NCBI GenBank assembly: GCA_001563335.1
Contig: LRSL01000058.1
Span: 12,648-76,647, forward strand
DNA: 64,000 bases
Direction: 5' to 3'
DNA from: Candidatus Thorarchaeota archaeon SMTZ1-45
GTDB taxonomy: Archaea > Asgardarchaeota > Thorarchaeia > Thorarchaeales > Thorarchaeaceae
This document shows positions 10,673-19,493 of the stretch, piece by piece. A model generated the notes under the pieces. It worked only from the letters and a program-made list of their open reading frames with translations, searched no databases and was not told the DNA's origin. Numbering within the stretch: the first letter of the stretch is position 1; each line of letters opens with the position of its first letter. Made by a program: the position numbers and the translations under genes.

Positions 10673-11629
10673 TTATGGGATTATTGGAGGGAATAGAGGT
10701 GGAAAGAGGTCGAAAAGGAAGTTGTAGATGTCAACATAGAAGAACAACGTTATAATCAGAGTGACAAAGAACAAGATACCACCAATGAGGATTCCTTTAT
10801 CCTTGAAAGCTAGGTGCGGTTTCCTACCTACATCACTTTCAGTATAAACAAGGTAGACGTATCTTAGCACAATGCCTGCGACTATTGGAACAGTAATAAT
10901 GACTGGTTGAGTTTCCAATACCAATTGATAATTGGCATAGCAGTATAAAGCATAGAATAGAACCACCCAGGTTGCTGACATTGAAATTCCATGATTTAAC
11001 ATAGATTCAGTATATTGTTTGAAGACAGGTTTGTGAAGAGGTGCATCGTCCCCTAGTAATTGTAATTCATTCATCCGCTTTCCAAAGCCAAGAACTAGAG
11101 CAACAAAGAAGACACCAATTACAAGCCAAGACGTGAATGGTTGTTCAATGAGGAATGTGCCTGCAATTGCTCTTATGATGAATCCAACAGCTATTATACA
11201 TACATCAACAATTGCATAGTTACGTAATTTCCAATTATACAACTGGCTGTTTATGATATAAAGCACTACCATCAAAAAGAATGCTGCGTCTTGAGCCCAA
11301 GATAATATAAGGCCACTGACTAGCAGCACTGTAGCCAATCCTCGAGCATTTGTTCGTGATGCTTGACCTGATGGTAAGGGGCGTTTTCGTTTTTCAGGGT
11401 GAGCCGCATCTTTCTCAAGGTCTACTATGTCATTGAAAATGTATCCGGCACTTGATACCGCACAGAGTACTCCAAATCCAAACAATAAAACAGGCATACT
11501 GATTATAACAGAGTTAAACCAGTTTCCAAAGTTATCCAAATGACCAAAGACAACAGGTAGGAAAATAAGCACATTCTTGTACCATTGGTGTGGCCGCATT
11601 AGTTTCAGATAATCATAGAATCCCATCAT
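10673..11629 (-). CDS. UbiA-family polyprenyl-phosphate phosphoribosyltransferase (Rv3806c-like)
   Basis: MRPHQWYKN, YIFNDIVDLEKDAAHPEKRKRPLPSG and GKRMNEL motifs; multi-TM. Confidence 0.85.
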   Translation of the reverse strand: MMGFYDYLKLMRPHQWYKNVLIFLPVVFGHLDNFGNWFNSVIISMPVLLFGFGVLCAVSSAGYIFNDIVDLEKDAAHPEKRKRPLPSGQASRTNARGLATVLLVSGLILSWAQDAAFFLMVVLYIINSQLYNWKLRNYAIVDVCIIAVGFIIRAIAGTFLIEQPFTSWLVIGVFFVALVLGFGKRMNELQLLGDDAPLHKPVFKQYTESMLNHGISMSATWVVLFYALYCYANYQLVLETQPVIITVPIVAGIVLRYVYLVYTESDVGRKPHLAFKDKGILIGGILFFVTLIITLFFYVDIYNFLFDLFPPLFPPIIP

Positions 11630-11649
11630 TGTTCTCTCCTAGCAATCCT

Positions 11650-12729
11650 TCATTCTGAATACGTGCTCCAAAGATTACCCCATTCAGTTTCCTCAAGGAA
11701 CCATTTGACCCATTTCCTCCCCTTCAGAGGAAGCCAAATCCCGTCATGATATAGTCCGGATAGCTGTGTGGGGAGCCACATCAGCGGAGACCTGAACAAG
11801 AATGTTTCCATTCCTGGAAACCGAAGAAATCCACGATTAAAAGCAATGACTGGACTCTTTCCTGGACTCATATTGAAATTTGGGAGATCCTTCCATGTTT
11901 CAAAGTCCCCTACAATCTCAATCTTATCAGGGTTGGATTCACCAAGCCCCAAATCGCTGGCGATCTTAAGCTTGTGTACGCAGTCTTGATCAATTCCCAT
12001 AAGTCGGGTCTGAACGGTATCTGCAGCGACCATATCTGATGTCGCAATCAAGATGTTCCCAATCTTTGGAATCATAGTCCTAGGACCAGCTCCATCTCCC
12101 ATTACAGTGCCATCTGTAAGGACAAACTCAGAGTGGGAGATTGTTTGTTGCATGAGTAGCAAGTCCACAAGTATCTCGTGAATCTTGAGATGTGCAAGAT
12201 GCCTATTCTTGGTGAGATAAAGACCAAAGGAGTCCTTGAGCGCTCCTGTCATTTGGGTATGACCATGGGTTTTGATGGTTGGCAGATGAATAATGTTGGT
12301 ACCAAAGATTTCCTTTGGAGCGATTGTTTCGCCAAATATGTCCTCCATAACCAAAGTCTTCTGAGGAAGTTTAACATCCACATATGTTGCTTTTATCAGC
12401 GGCAGAAACTTAATTCGGTGTTTCTTCATGACAGGATACCAGTTATTATTCTTGACACCTGCATAGATGTTGGTTACGACAGTTTCGTTTTCTACAGCTT
12501 GTATCCTTCTGTGGTCAAAGCCATCAGAGATTAGTTTCTTGAGAAGACCATCGAATATGTATGGATTTGTTGAACACGCAGGATACAGTTTGCTCCAAGA
12601 GAGATTCAGCTTGATTGTGGTGTCTACATCCTTAGACACGAACTTATCATAATCTGCGAGTTCCATTACTCTCGCAATATCTTCATTGATTGTCTTAGGG
12701 GTGGTTCTGACAACAGCTACCTTTGGCAT
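11650..12729 (-). CDS. DUF362 domain protein
   Basis: IKLNLS, NIIHLPTIKTH..T.MTGALK, DG..G.GP and DMVAAD motifs. Confidence 0.8.
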   Translation of the reverse strand: MPKVAVVRTTPKTINEDIARVMELADYDKFVSKDVDTTIKLNLSWSKLYPACSTNPYIFDGLLKKLISDGFDHRRIQAVENETVVTNIYAGVKNNNWYPVMKKHRIKFLPLIKATYVDVKLPQKTLVMEDIFGETIAPKEIFGTNIIHLPTIKTHGHTQMTGALKDSFGLYLTKNRHLAHLKIHEILVDLLLMQQTISHSEFVLTDGTVMGDGAGPRTMIPKIGNILIATSDMVAADTVQTRLMGIDQDCVHKLKIASDLGLGESNPDKIEIVGDFETWKDLPNFNMSPGKSPVIAFNRGFLRFPGMETFLFRSPLMWLPTQLSGLYHDGIWLPLKGRKWVKWFLEETEWGNLWSTYSE

Positions 12730-12817
12730 TATGAATCAACTCTGGAAATTGTCCCCATGTTCGTTCGTTGTTGGCAAATGTTCTTCTTAATAACTTGCCT
12801 CAATGGTGGGAGTTGCA

Positions 12818-13657
12818 CTAGAGATTATGTGCTTCCACTTTCAAATTGTTTCCTAATCGCACGACCTTAGGCATAGCAGCTCCATGATATGATGCGCTGA
12901 AAATGCTGATTAGTTTTCCATCAAAGAACTTCCTGATTCCTTCAGGAAATACTTCATGCGCTCTGAACATCATCGATATGCTAAAATTCTCTGCAAACTC
13001 ATTGAAAGCTCTCCGTCCAAATGCCTTTACCCGGGCACCTCGTGAATTTGCTGCAAACCAGAAATCTGCTTCTTTAGGATCATTCCATGCCATCTGAAAC
13101 AAGATGTCATCTGGAAAGTTCCGATCGAATCTGTCACATTCCTGAATATCATTGAGAGATTTTACTCCCTCCGGTATTCCGCCATGACAAGCAAAGATAG
13201 AATTGTGGTTGATTGCAGCCATGGGAAGTACTTGAAACACTTCCAAATACTTACTATAAATTTCATAGGAGAACTTTCTCATGACTTCTGTATAGAATCC
13301 ATAACGTTGTGCAACCTCGTCTGACTCATGATTCCCTCGGAGCATGATTGCACGTTCTGGATCACTTAATGTTAGAGCCATTACCATATTGAAGGTTTCA
13401 ACCTGTGCGGGTCCTCTGTCTGCATAATCTCCTAAAAAAACAAAATTATAGTTCTTGTATTTTTCAAACAAATCCTGAACACTAAGGACTGAATTAAACT
13501 CTCCATGAAGGTCTCCGACAAAGAATAGGTTACGAGATGGGATTTCCATTACATTCGATTCATTTCGATACAGGTCTCTAATCATTCCGGTTAAAACGTC
13601 AATATCCTCTGATGTCATGTTCAGATTCCCTTTTAGTATGGACTGAACGATATCCAC
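12818..13657 (-). CDS. PPP-family Ser/Thr protein phosphatase
   Basis: GDLHG, GDYADRG, RGNHE, HGG, WNDP, RAHE and SIFSA motifs, all in canonical order. Confidence 0.92.
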   Translation of the reverse strand: MDIVQSILKGNLNMTSEDIDVLTGMIRDLYRNESNVMEIPSRNLFFVGDLHGEFNSVLSVQDLFEKYKNYNFVFLGDYADRGPAQVETFNMVMALTLSDPERAIMLRGNHESDEVAQRYGFYTEVMRKFSYEIYSKYLEVFQVLPMAAINHNSIFACHGGIPEGVKSLNDIQECDRFDRNFPDDILFQMAWNDPKEADFWFAANSRGARVKAFGRRAFNEFAENFSISMMFRAHEVFPEGIRKFFDGKLISIFSASYHGAAMPKVVRLGNNLKVEAHNL

Positions 13658-13673
13658 TTTTCATACTCACAAC

Positions 13674-14177
13674 CTATTTCCAGTTCAGTGCCTGAAAGAC
13701 CATTTCTACAGCCTCTTCTGGAGTATTCGCAGCATACACGATGTCTGTGCGTCTTTCATCAATTTTCCCTCCAGCTAGCTTAGCTGCCCATCCTCCAGTT
13801 GGCACTAGCGATACTACTGGTTTGTCGGAAAACCAAGCAATAGCTATCTCGCTTAATGTGCCAGCAAATCCGTCAATGGCTATCACAGCATCTCCAGTTT
13901 TTGCAACAAGAAAATTCCTTGCATATCCAAGGCCAGTCGGGATAGCAATGTCAATATACTCATTGGCATGCTCCTTAGCATCTGTTGGCAAGATGCCAAG
14001 TGTTTGTCCACCTCTCTCTTTGGCTCCTTTGCATGCAGCTTCCATTACTCCTCCAAGACCACCACAGCATAGGACTGCCCCTCTCCTGGCAATCTCAGCA
14101 CCAACTCTTTCAGCTAATTCCAGATTATCTGGGCTGCTATCCGAACCTCCAATTACAGAAATTACCCGTGCTGGCAA
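13674..14177 (-). CDS. TIGR00725-family (LOG/SLOG Rossmann-fold) protein
   Basis: CGGLGGVMEAACKGA, GILP, TGLGYARN and GTLSEIA motifs. Confidence 0.9.
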   Translation of the reverse strand: MPARVISVIGGSDSSPDNLELAERVGAEIARRGAVLCCGGLGGVMEAACKGAKERGGQTLGILPTDAKEHANEYIDIAIPTGLGYARNFLVAKTGDAVIAIDGFAGTLSEIAIAWFSDKPVVSLVPTGGWAAKLAGGKIDERRTDIVYAANTPEEAVEMVFQALNWK

Positions 14178-14193
14178 GACTCATCTCCACACT

Positions 14194-15315
14194 TCAATAG
14201 CTATGTGATGTTTCAAAGTTATGCAATTTCTTTTTTAGCATACTGAAAACGTCTTTTGATAGCCTTCCCTCTTTCACTCTCTCTTTAGCTGCTTCAAGAA
14301 GGGACGTTCCTGAATCAGTTTCTTTGAATCCCAATAGAATCTCCTCTGGAACCTCCTCAATTGGGATGGCCGGGTTTGGATCAAAACGTGTGCAAATTGT
14401 TGTTCGTTGGATTTGTTTCTTCACGTGAGAAGGCAACATTCCAGCTGAGAGAGCATAGATTTTAGCTATCGTGAGTATAGCTCGTGATCCCATCTCAGTT
14501 GAGGACCAACCTGAATCAGTCCCTACAATACAGATGTTTGATTGTCTCTTGCAACTATGTGAACAATATCTGCAGATTCCTGGTTCCATTTGAATTATAC
14601 CAGTTTTCATGCAAACCCATGCAACTCCCTCATTAAGTTCTATTCCGCAAGAGTCACCAACGATTCTTAGTCCGAGTTCTACTGCTATATTACGTATTTC
14701 ATCAACTTCCTCCTCTGAGTTAGGTGGTTTCATTGTATCGTGTTCAATTGGTTCATAGATTGGACATTCATTTTCATTTAGAGCAACAATCATAGGAAGA
14801 GGGTTTTTTTGAGAACTTCTCGAGATTAATCCTTCTGCTACAAACCTCATAACTTCATCAATATGCTGGGCCGCATGTACTGGAAGTTGTGACTCGAAAA
14901 ATGCATCTAGCTGATAGGATCCAGCTTCTGCTTCTCTAACAGATCCTACAATTACAATAACCAAAGGTGTCTGTCGATTGAGTGAAAGTCTATTGAATAT
15001 CGTAGGTATGTCATCTATCTCATCTGGTCGAAGAATCAGTATAATTGCACGATGACCCTTTGTAAAACTCTGCGATAGCCTCTCCATTCTTTGAGAATAG
15101 GGTATGGACCACAGTTGAAGCACTACACTAGCATTCTCTTGAAAATCAAATCTCACTACTCCAAGACTCAAACCAATTGAATTATACATCTGACAAGAAA
15201 CACGATCTCCTGACGCCCTACTAAGGAAACCAGTTTGAAGCGGCAAATTATTTCCTACAATAAGGACCTTGAATATCATGCGCTCTTTAACAATGTTCGG
15301 AGTAGTCATTCTCAT
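14194..15315 (-). CDS. Degenerate Rab/Ras-like GTPase domain fused to a Cys-rich C-terminal domain
   Basis: FKVLIVG..., SIG, LQLWS and FTKGHRAIIL follow the Rab scaffold, but G1, G3 and G4 catalytic residues are missing. Contains a CRYCSHSC...C cluster. Confidence 0.7.
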   Translation of the reverse strand: MRMTTPNIVKERMIFKVLIVGNNLPLQTGFLSRASGDRVSCQMYNSIGLSLGVVRFDFQENASVVLQLWSIPYSQRMERLSQSFTKGHRAIILILRPDEIDDIPTIFNRLSLNRQTPLVIVIVGSVREAEAGSYQLDAFFESQLPVHAAQHIDEVMRFVAEGLISRSSQKNPLPMIVALNENECPIYEPIEHDTMKPPNSEEEVDEIRNIAVELGLRIVGDSCGIELNEGVAWVCMKTGIIQMEPGICRYCSHSCKRQSNICIVGTDSGWSSTEMGSRAILTIAKIYALSAGMLPSHVKKQIQRTTICTRFDPNPAIPIEEVPEEILLGFKETDSGTSLLEAAKERVKEGRLSKDVFSMLKKKLHNFETSHSY

Positions 15316-15377
15316 TGATTACATAGGCATTTCTGATATAATAACTATGGGTTGGAGTATAATTCTACTTCTTATCA

Positions 15378-15797
15378 GTGGGAAGGTATTTCTTATGCTT
15401 GTCAAACAAGAGATTGAGAAAAATGGTTCGCATCTACAAAGCTAAAGACTCAGAAAGAGTTAGCCGCGCTGGTTACGTGGCAAATTATGTTGCTGACCTT
15501 AAATTTATGCGCTCCCTAGAAAGTTGCGGAGTAATTCTTGTTGAAATTAGTGACATAGGAAAGAGCTCACCACATGCCCATGAGCATTTGGAAGAGGTGT
15601 TCATAATTCTATCCAAGATGATGATTTACATAAATGACACACCTTATGAACTGGATGAAGGTGATGTTGTAATCGTTCAACCTGGTGAAGAACATTCCTT
15701 TGAAACTAAGAATAATCAGAGTGGAAAGATTATTGCATTGAAGTTTCCAAATATCAAGGATGATAAAGTTGTAAAGGGAAAACAGAATACTTCCTAG
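15378..15797 (+). CDS. Cupin-domain protein
   Basis: HAHEHLEEVF and GDVVIVQPGEEH cupin motifs. The true start is probably ATG 15423. Confidence 0.85.
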   Translation: MGRYFLCLSNKRLRKMVRIYKAKDSERVSRAGYVANYVADLKFMRSLESCGVILVEISDIGKSSPHAHEHLEEVFIILSKMMIYINDTPYELDEGDVVIVQPGEEHSFETKNNQSGKIIALKFPNIKDDKVVKGKQNTS

Positions 15798-16240
15798 TAT
15801 TCATAGTCATCGAAGTCGAAATCATCATCTTCATCGTCAAAGATAATGTCTATTGGAGGTCTTTGAGAGCCTAGGAGAGTTGAAGCAGGAACTGAGCGCT
15901 CTATTGCTTTACGGAGCTCCCTCCATTCACGATGCCTACGACGTCTTCCCAAATAACCTGCAGCAGTGATTATACCAAACGATACTATTCCTGCCAAATA
16001 GAGTTCGATTCGTGAATTGAATAACCCCGAAGCAGCACTTAGCGCTAGAACTACGATTCCTCCAATAATCAAAACATTAAGTGAACAATCACATGTAATG
16101 CCAAGTTGCTTTGGTCCTACTTGGAAGTCCTCTGGATCTGATCCTGGTGCTAGATTAAGGTAGTAGTTGAATGCTGTAGCAAGCAGAACAACAACAATTA
16201 GGATTGTCCAAGTTAGCAATTCCAATTCTCTTCCATCCAT
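15794..16240 (-). CDS. Small membrane protein (3 TM) with an acidic tail
   Basis: Three hydrophobic segments, an RRRRHR run and a D/E-rich C-terminus; 2-bp gap from the upstream PIN gene. Confidence 0.7.
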   Translation of the reverse strand: MDGRELELLTWTILIVVVLLATAFNYYLNLAPGSDPEDFQVGPKQLGITCDCSLNVLIIGGIVVLALSAASGLFNSRIELYLAGIVSFGIITAAGYLGRRRRHREWRELRKAIERSVPASTLLGSQRPPIDIIFDDEDDDFDFDDYEY

Positions 16241-16242
16241 TA

Positions 16243-18063
16243 TTATGATTTTACTTCAGCTTCTGGTTCAGCAACTTTCAAACAGCTGAATCCATATTCA
16301 CCTTCAAAGGATATCTCCGCGCTTTCGCTTGGAGTTATTGTCAAAACTACTAAATACTTTTTAACTACTTCAGGATTTGCATCAGACACTTCATAGCTGC
16401 CATTTGTTAGTGCTATCTTATGTCCAGTTTTCAGTGTTCCGAGTTCAGGATGATTCCCAATAGCAATAGCAATCCGCGTTTGCAATTTATCATTCCTAAC
16501 AACAAGCATCTCAACATCATCAATTGTTTCAAGTGAGAGGACATCCATCCAACCTGTAAGTTCTTTCTTCAACTTTTTCTGATCAACAGGTCCACTAGTA
16601 GTCATACCTTCAACGGATGGGAGCTGCCCTTGAATTTCGTTCAGAATAGGTGTTATTTGTGAAGTATTCCAGCCTTTCTTGACGAAAGCCTTCAATGCAT
16701 GTTCTGCAATCTTCTCTAGAGCTGGTTTGAATCTATCATGTGAGGATGATGAAACCTTGTAAAGCATAAGGAATGAACCTAGTGCTCCTTCCTCTTTGTT
16801 GTAAGCAACACCAATTTTGTACGCTGTTACAGCCAATTGCCATGCATTGTCATGGTCATCAAACTGGATAGAGTACTTTGCTATATCGTTCAGCATTGAC
16901 ATAGTTACCTCTGGATATTGCAGTTTATTCTTTGTTAGACTGAAACCTCCCATGAACTTCCTAAGGATTTGCATGGTGATATACAGTCCTTCTGAAGTTT
17001 CTAACATACTTGTTAGACCAATTCTATTGATCATACTATCGTAAAGACTATAGTAATAATCAATTTCTTCATAGTCCTCCCTAATAAGAGCAAGAACAAT
17101 CCTCACAAAAAAGACGGTGGCTTTTAGTTCGTCGTTACTCACTTCCGCAAACATAAGCAATCTGAATGCTTCATCACTAATTATTAGTGCGTCTTCGATT
17201 CCTTGTCTAGTTCCTCGGTAAAGGTGACAAATTGTTTCAAGATAGTAGAGAAAGAGTGTAAGGTCGGATGCATGCCTGACAAGCTGCCCATGTGTTTCAC
17301 TGTCTTCAGTCAGAGTTGATACTATCAAAAGTCGTTCAATCTCATTCTGAACTGCTTCAATTTCATGAGCAAGACTGTCATACTTGCCTTCTCTGAAGTC
17401 ATCGAACATGTTTGGGATATCTGCTTTGATATCCTCGAGGAAATCAAGCACGAAAAGTGGCTGACCTTTGGACAACTTTCTATCAAGCCCTTCTGCTGGC
17501 CTCTTGACTGACCTTAAAACACGAAGAGCATGATCCTCGATGATACGGATCCTTGTGACAGGGTCGTATGACTCCTGTCGTGCGATGCTATACCGGACCT
17601 CTTCAGAATAGATGCGGTCTCTGATTATTGACAGGTCCTTCTTCAGTTTTTCATCCTCTACGGATTCCATCAATTCTAGCACAAATGCTGAACCAACTAT
17701 ACCCTCAACATCGACCTTTAAGTCTTGGATAGTGTTAAGCAGTCTCAAATCGCTTGTGACAATCTTTGACTTCCTGTTTCGCATTGCGCCTAAAATCAGA
17801 GACATATCATTTGGCTGAGGCAGTGAGGATTCAGGGAGAGTAATACTATTAATGAATGATTTGATATCCTTTGAGAGCGTTTCATCGATTTGGACAATAT
17901 TCTCTGCTTCACGACGCAAATACCACCGTAGTTCCTGAAAGACCTGTCTTGTTATCCATAGTTCCATTCCTGCATTATCTGCGGCCTTTTTCACAATAGT
18001 GACATCTTTCGGCCGCTCTGAAAAGCCTGATATGAAGAAGTTCGCGTCCAAATACACACGCAT
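16243..18063 (-). CDS. Large PIN-domain protein
   Basis: N-terminal VYLDANFFI, VFQEL, NDMSLI and VTSD PIN motifs, followed by a long helical region and a beta-rich C-terminus. Confidence 0.75.
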   Translation of the reverse strand: MRVYLDANFFISGFSERPKDVTIVKKAADNAGMELWITRQVFQELRWYLRREAENIVQIDETLSKDIKSFINSITLPESSLPQPNDMSLILGAMRNRKSKIVTSDLRLLNTIQDLKVDVEGIVGSAFVLELMESVEDEKLKKDLSIIRDRIYSEEVRYSIARQESYDPVTRIRIIEDHALRVLRSVKRPAEGLDRKLSKGQPLFVLDFLEDIKADIPNMFDDFREGKYDSLAHEIEAVQNEIERLLIVSTLTEDSETHGQLVRHASDLTLFLYYLETICHLYRGTRQGIEDALIISDEAFRLLMFAEVSNDELKATVFFVRIVLALIREDYEEIDYYYSLYDSMINRIGLTSMLETSEGLYITMQILRKFMGGFSLTKNKLQYPEVTMSMLNDIAKYSIQFDDHDNAWQLAVTAYKIGVAYNKEEGALGSFLMLYKVSSSSHDRFKPALEKIAEHALKAFVKKGWNTSQITPILNEIQGQLPSVEGMTTSGPVDQKKLKKELTGWMDVLSLETIDDVEMLVVRNDKLQTRIAIAIGNHPELGTLKTGHKIALTNGSYEVSDANPEVVKKYLVVLTITPSESAEISFEGEYGFSCLKVAEPEAEVKS

Positions 18064-18537
18064 ATGGTCTTGTCTCCAATAATCTTGATAGTCTGGCCAA
18101 GTCTTGAAACATAAACCCGGTTCAGAGAGGACTGTCGCACATAGTCCTGCATTAAGGTCTTTCTCTCTCTACGTTGGCCTTAATGATAAGCATGCGAAAT
18201 GACGATTAAAGGTTGCGATTTGGCATGAACTGGGATTTCAGGATCATTTTTCATTCCTGTTTCCTATTTTGACCTAAAATGAGGATATACCCCAACATAC
18301 CAATTCCTATCCATGCAATTGATTCGAAGAATTTTGAATAATAATTGATAGTGATTGTCAAGTTGTTTACTATCTCAAAATTGAAAGAATCACCATAATT
18401 CTCCCCACATATCCAGGTATCTTACGTCGGAATGATTTGATCTCATTCTCTTTGAAGAATATAGACAATGAATTATGCCTCTAATCTAATCGCTCAAGAA
18501 ATTAAGCAAACTTCCAAAAAAACACATGCCCACAGTC

Positions 18538-18577
18538 TTTTTATACGAGTATGTGATATCATAATATGATATATCAC
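18538..18577 (+). promoter_or_regulatory. TATA box followed by a palindromic operator
   Basis: TTTTTATA at 18538-18545; ATATCATA-A-TATGATAT at 18556-18572, nested in GTGATAT/ATATCAC. Confidence 0.55.
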
Positions 18578-18579
18578 CT

Positions 18580-18828
18580 ATAGCACGGTCAAGAGGCACG
18601 CTGGAGTTTCGCCAACCACAAGGGTTAACTGCGATTGTTCCCATCTCTTTACCAAACAAGGGCGTAGCATATTCAATGTGCGAGCCGATTAAGCTCTTTG
18701 GCGTGCGGAGCTTATCTTGCGATTAACTTCAAAATGGGTTCTTCGGAACGCGGCGCACAAAACATTAGGTGGTGGCGCGGCAATGCACCGCGTTGCTCGC
18801 ACAGAGCTACGCCCACCCTCTCTTTCTT
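18580..18828 (+). ncRNA. Candidate structured non-coding RNA of unknown family
   Basis: GC-rich island with nested perfect stems GGGCGTAGC (18660-68)/GCTACGCCC (18806-14) and TGTGCGAGC (18677-85)/GCTCGCACA (18795-803), a C(UUCG)G hairpin, an upstream TATA box and a downstream pyrimidine tract. Confidence 0.6.
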
Positions 18829-18867
18829 AGGATTGCAATCTGAATGAATGGCGATTAATGTGCGTAA

Positions 18868-19452
18868 ATGAACGAGCTAATTAGGGGAAATGTGCCCGAT
18901 TGTCTGATTACCATGGCCAAACTTAGCTTTTTTACAATCCTTGGAATCGTCATAGTGACCCTGCTCTTTATTTCAGCAATACCGCAAGTGACTGCTGGAC
19001 TAGAGGGTTTCATGATAAGCCAAGATAGCAATGAACCAGACATCTGGGAGTGGGGAATAGAAGGCGAGCCTGAGCTAGGTCAAGGATTTGATGTTTGGGC
19101 GAATGTTTCCGATCAAGATGATGATCTGAAGAATGTCACTGTTCAAGTTATTGGGCCAAACATGACTATCAATAATCTCATGACTTTTAATGGTACATTC
19201 TATACTGGATTCGTTCCAGCTTTTCCAAATGATGGGACATTCAGCGTAAGAATTCGCGCTTATGATTTGGAAAACAATACAAGGACTAGTACCTTGGTTT
19301 ACATCGATTTCGAGTCAAATCCGACACCAACAATAGATCCTTCAGTTACTATGCCCATCGTTGTAGGCTCAAGTGTCGGTTTCATGGTATTCGTTGTCGG
19401 TCTGGCTTTGCTGTATGACCGAAGAACTGTTCCTGACTTAGAAGGACTCTGA
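18868..19452 (+). CDS. Secreted single Ig-like domain protein with a C-terminal TM anchor
   Basis: Signal-like hydrophobic N-terminus (probable start ATG 18913), beta-rich core and C-terminal TM followed by YDRR. Confidence 0.75.
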   Translation: MNELIRGNVPDCLITMAKLSFFTILGIVIVTLLFISAIPQVTAGLEGFMISQDSNEPDIWEWGIEGEPELGQGFDVWANVSDQDDDLKNVTVQVIGPNMTINNLMTFNGTFYTGFVPAFPNDGTFSVRIRAYDLENNTRTSTLVYIDFESNPTPTIDPSVTMPIVVGSSVGFMVFVVGLALLYDRRTVPDLEGL

Positions 19453-19454
19453 TA

Positions 19455-19490
19455 ATTATATCATATGTGATATAATCGCGAGTTTTATAA
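19455..19490 (+). promoter_or_regulatory. Palindrome and TATA box upstream of the ABC operon
   Basis: ATTATATCA-TATG-TGATATAAT at 19455-19476; TTTTATAA at 19483-19490. Confidence 0.5.
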
Positions 19491-19493
19491 GTC

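Noticed and set aside
18595-18643. Resemblance to the fluoride riboswitch (GGC..TGGAGTTTCGCC..AACTGC)
   Set aside because: It lacks the GGCGAUGG start and the 3' UGACUCC pseudoknot strand, and no fluoride exporter lies downstream. Kept only as part of the unknown RNA.
18660-18814. SRP RNA or RNase P RNA assignment
   Set aside because: No helix-8 CAGG-GNRA-AGCA motif and no GAGGAAAGUCC / CR-V motifs were found on either strand.
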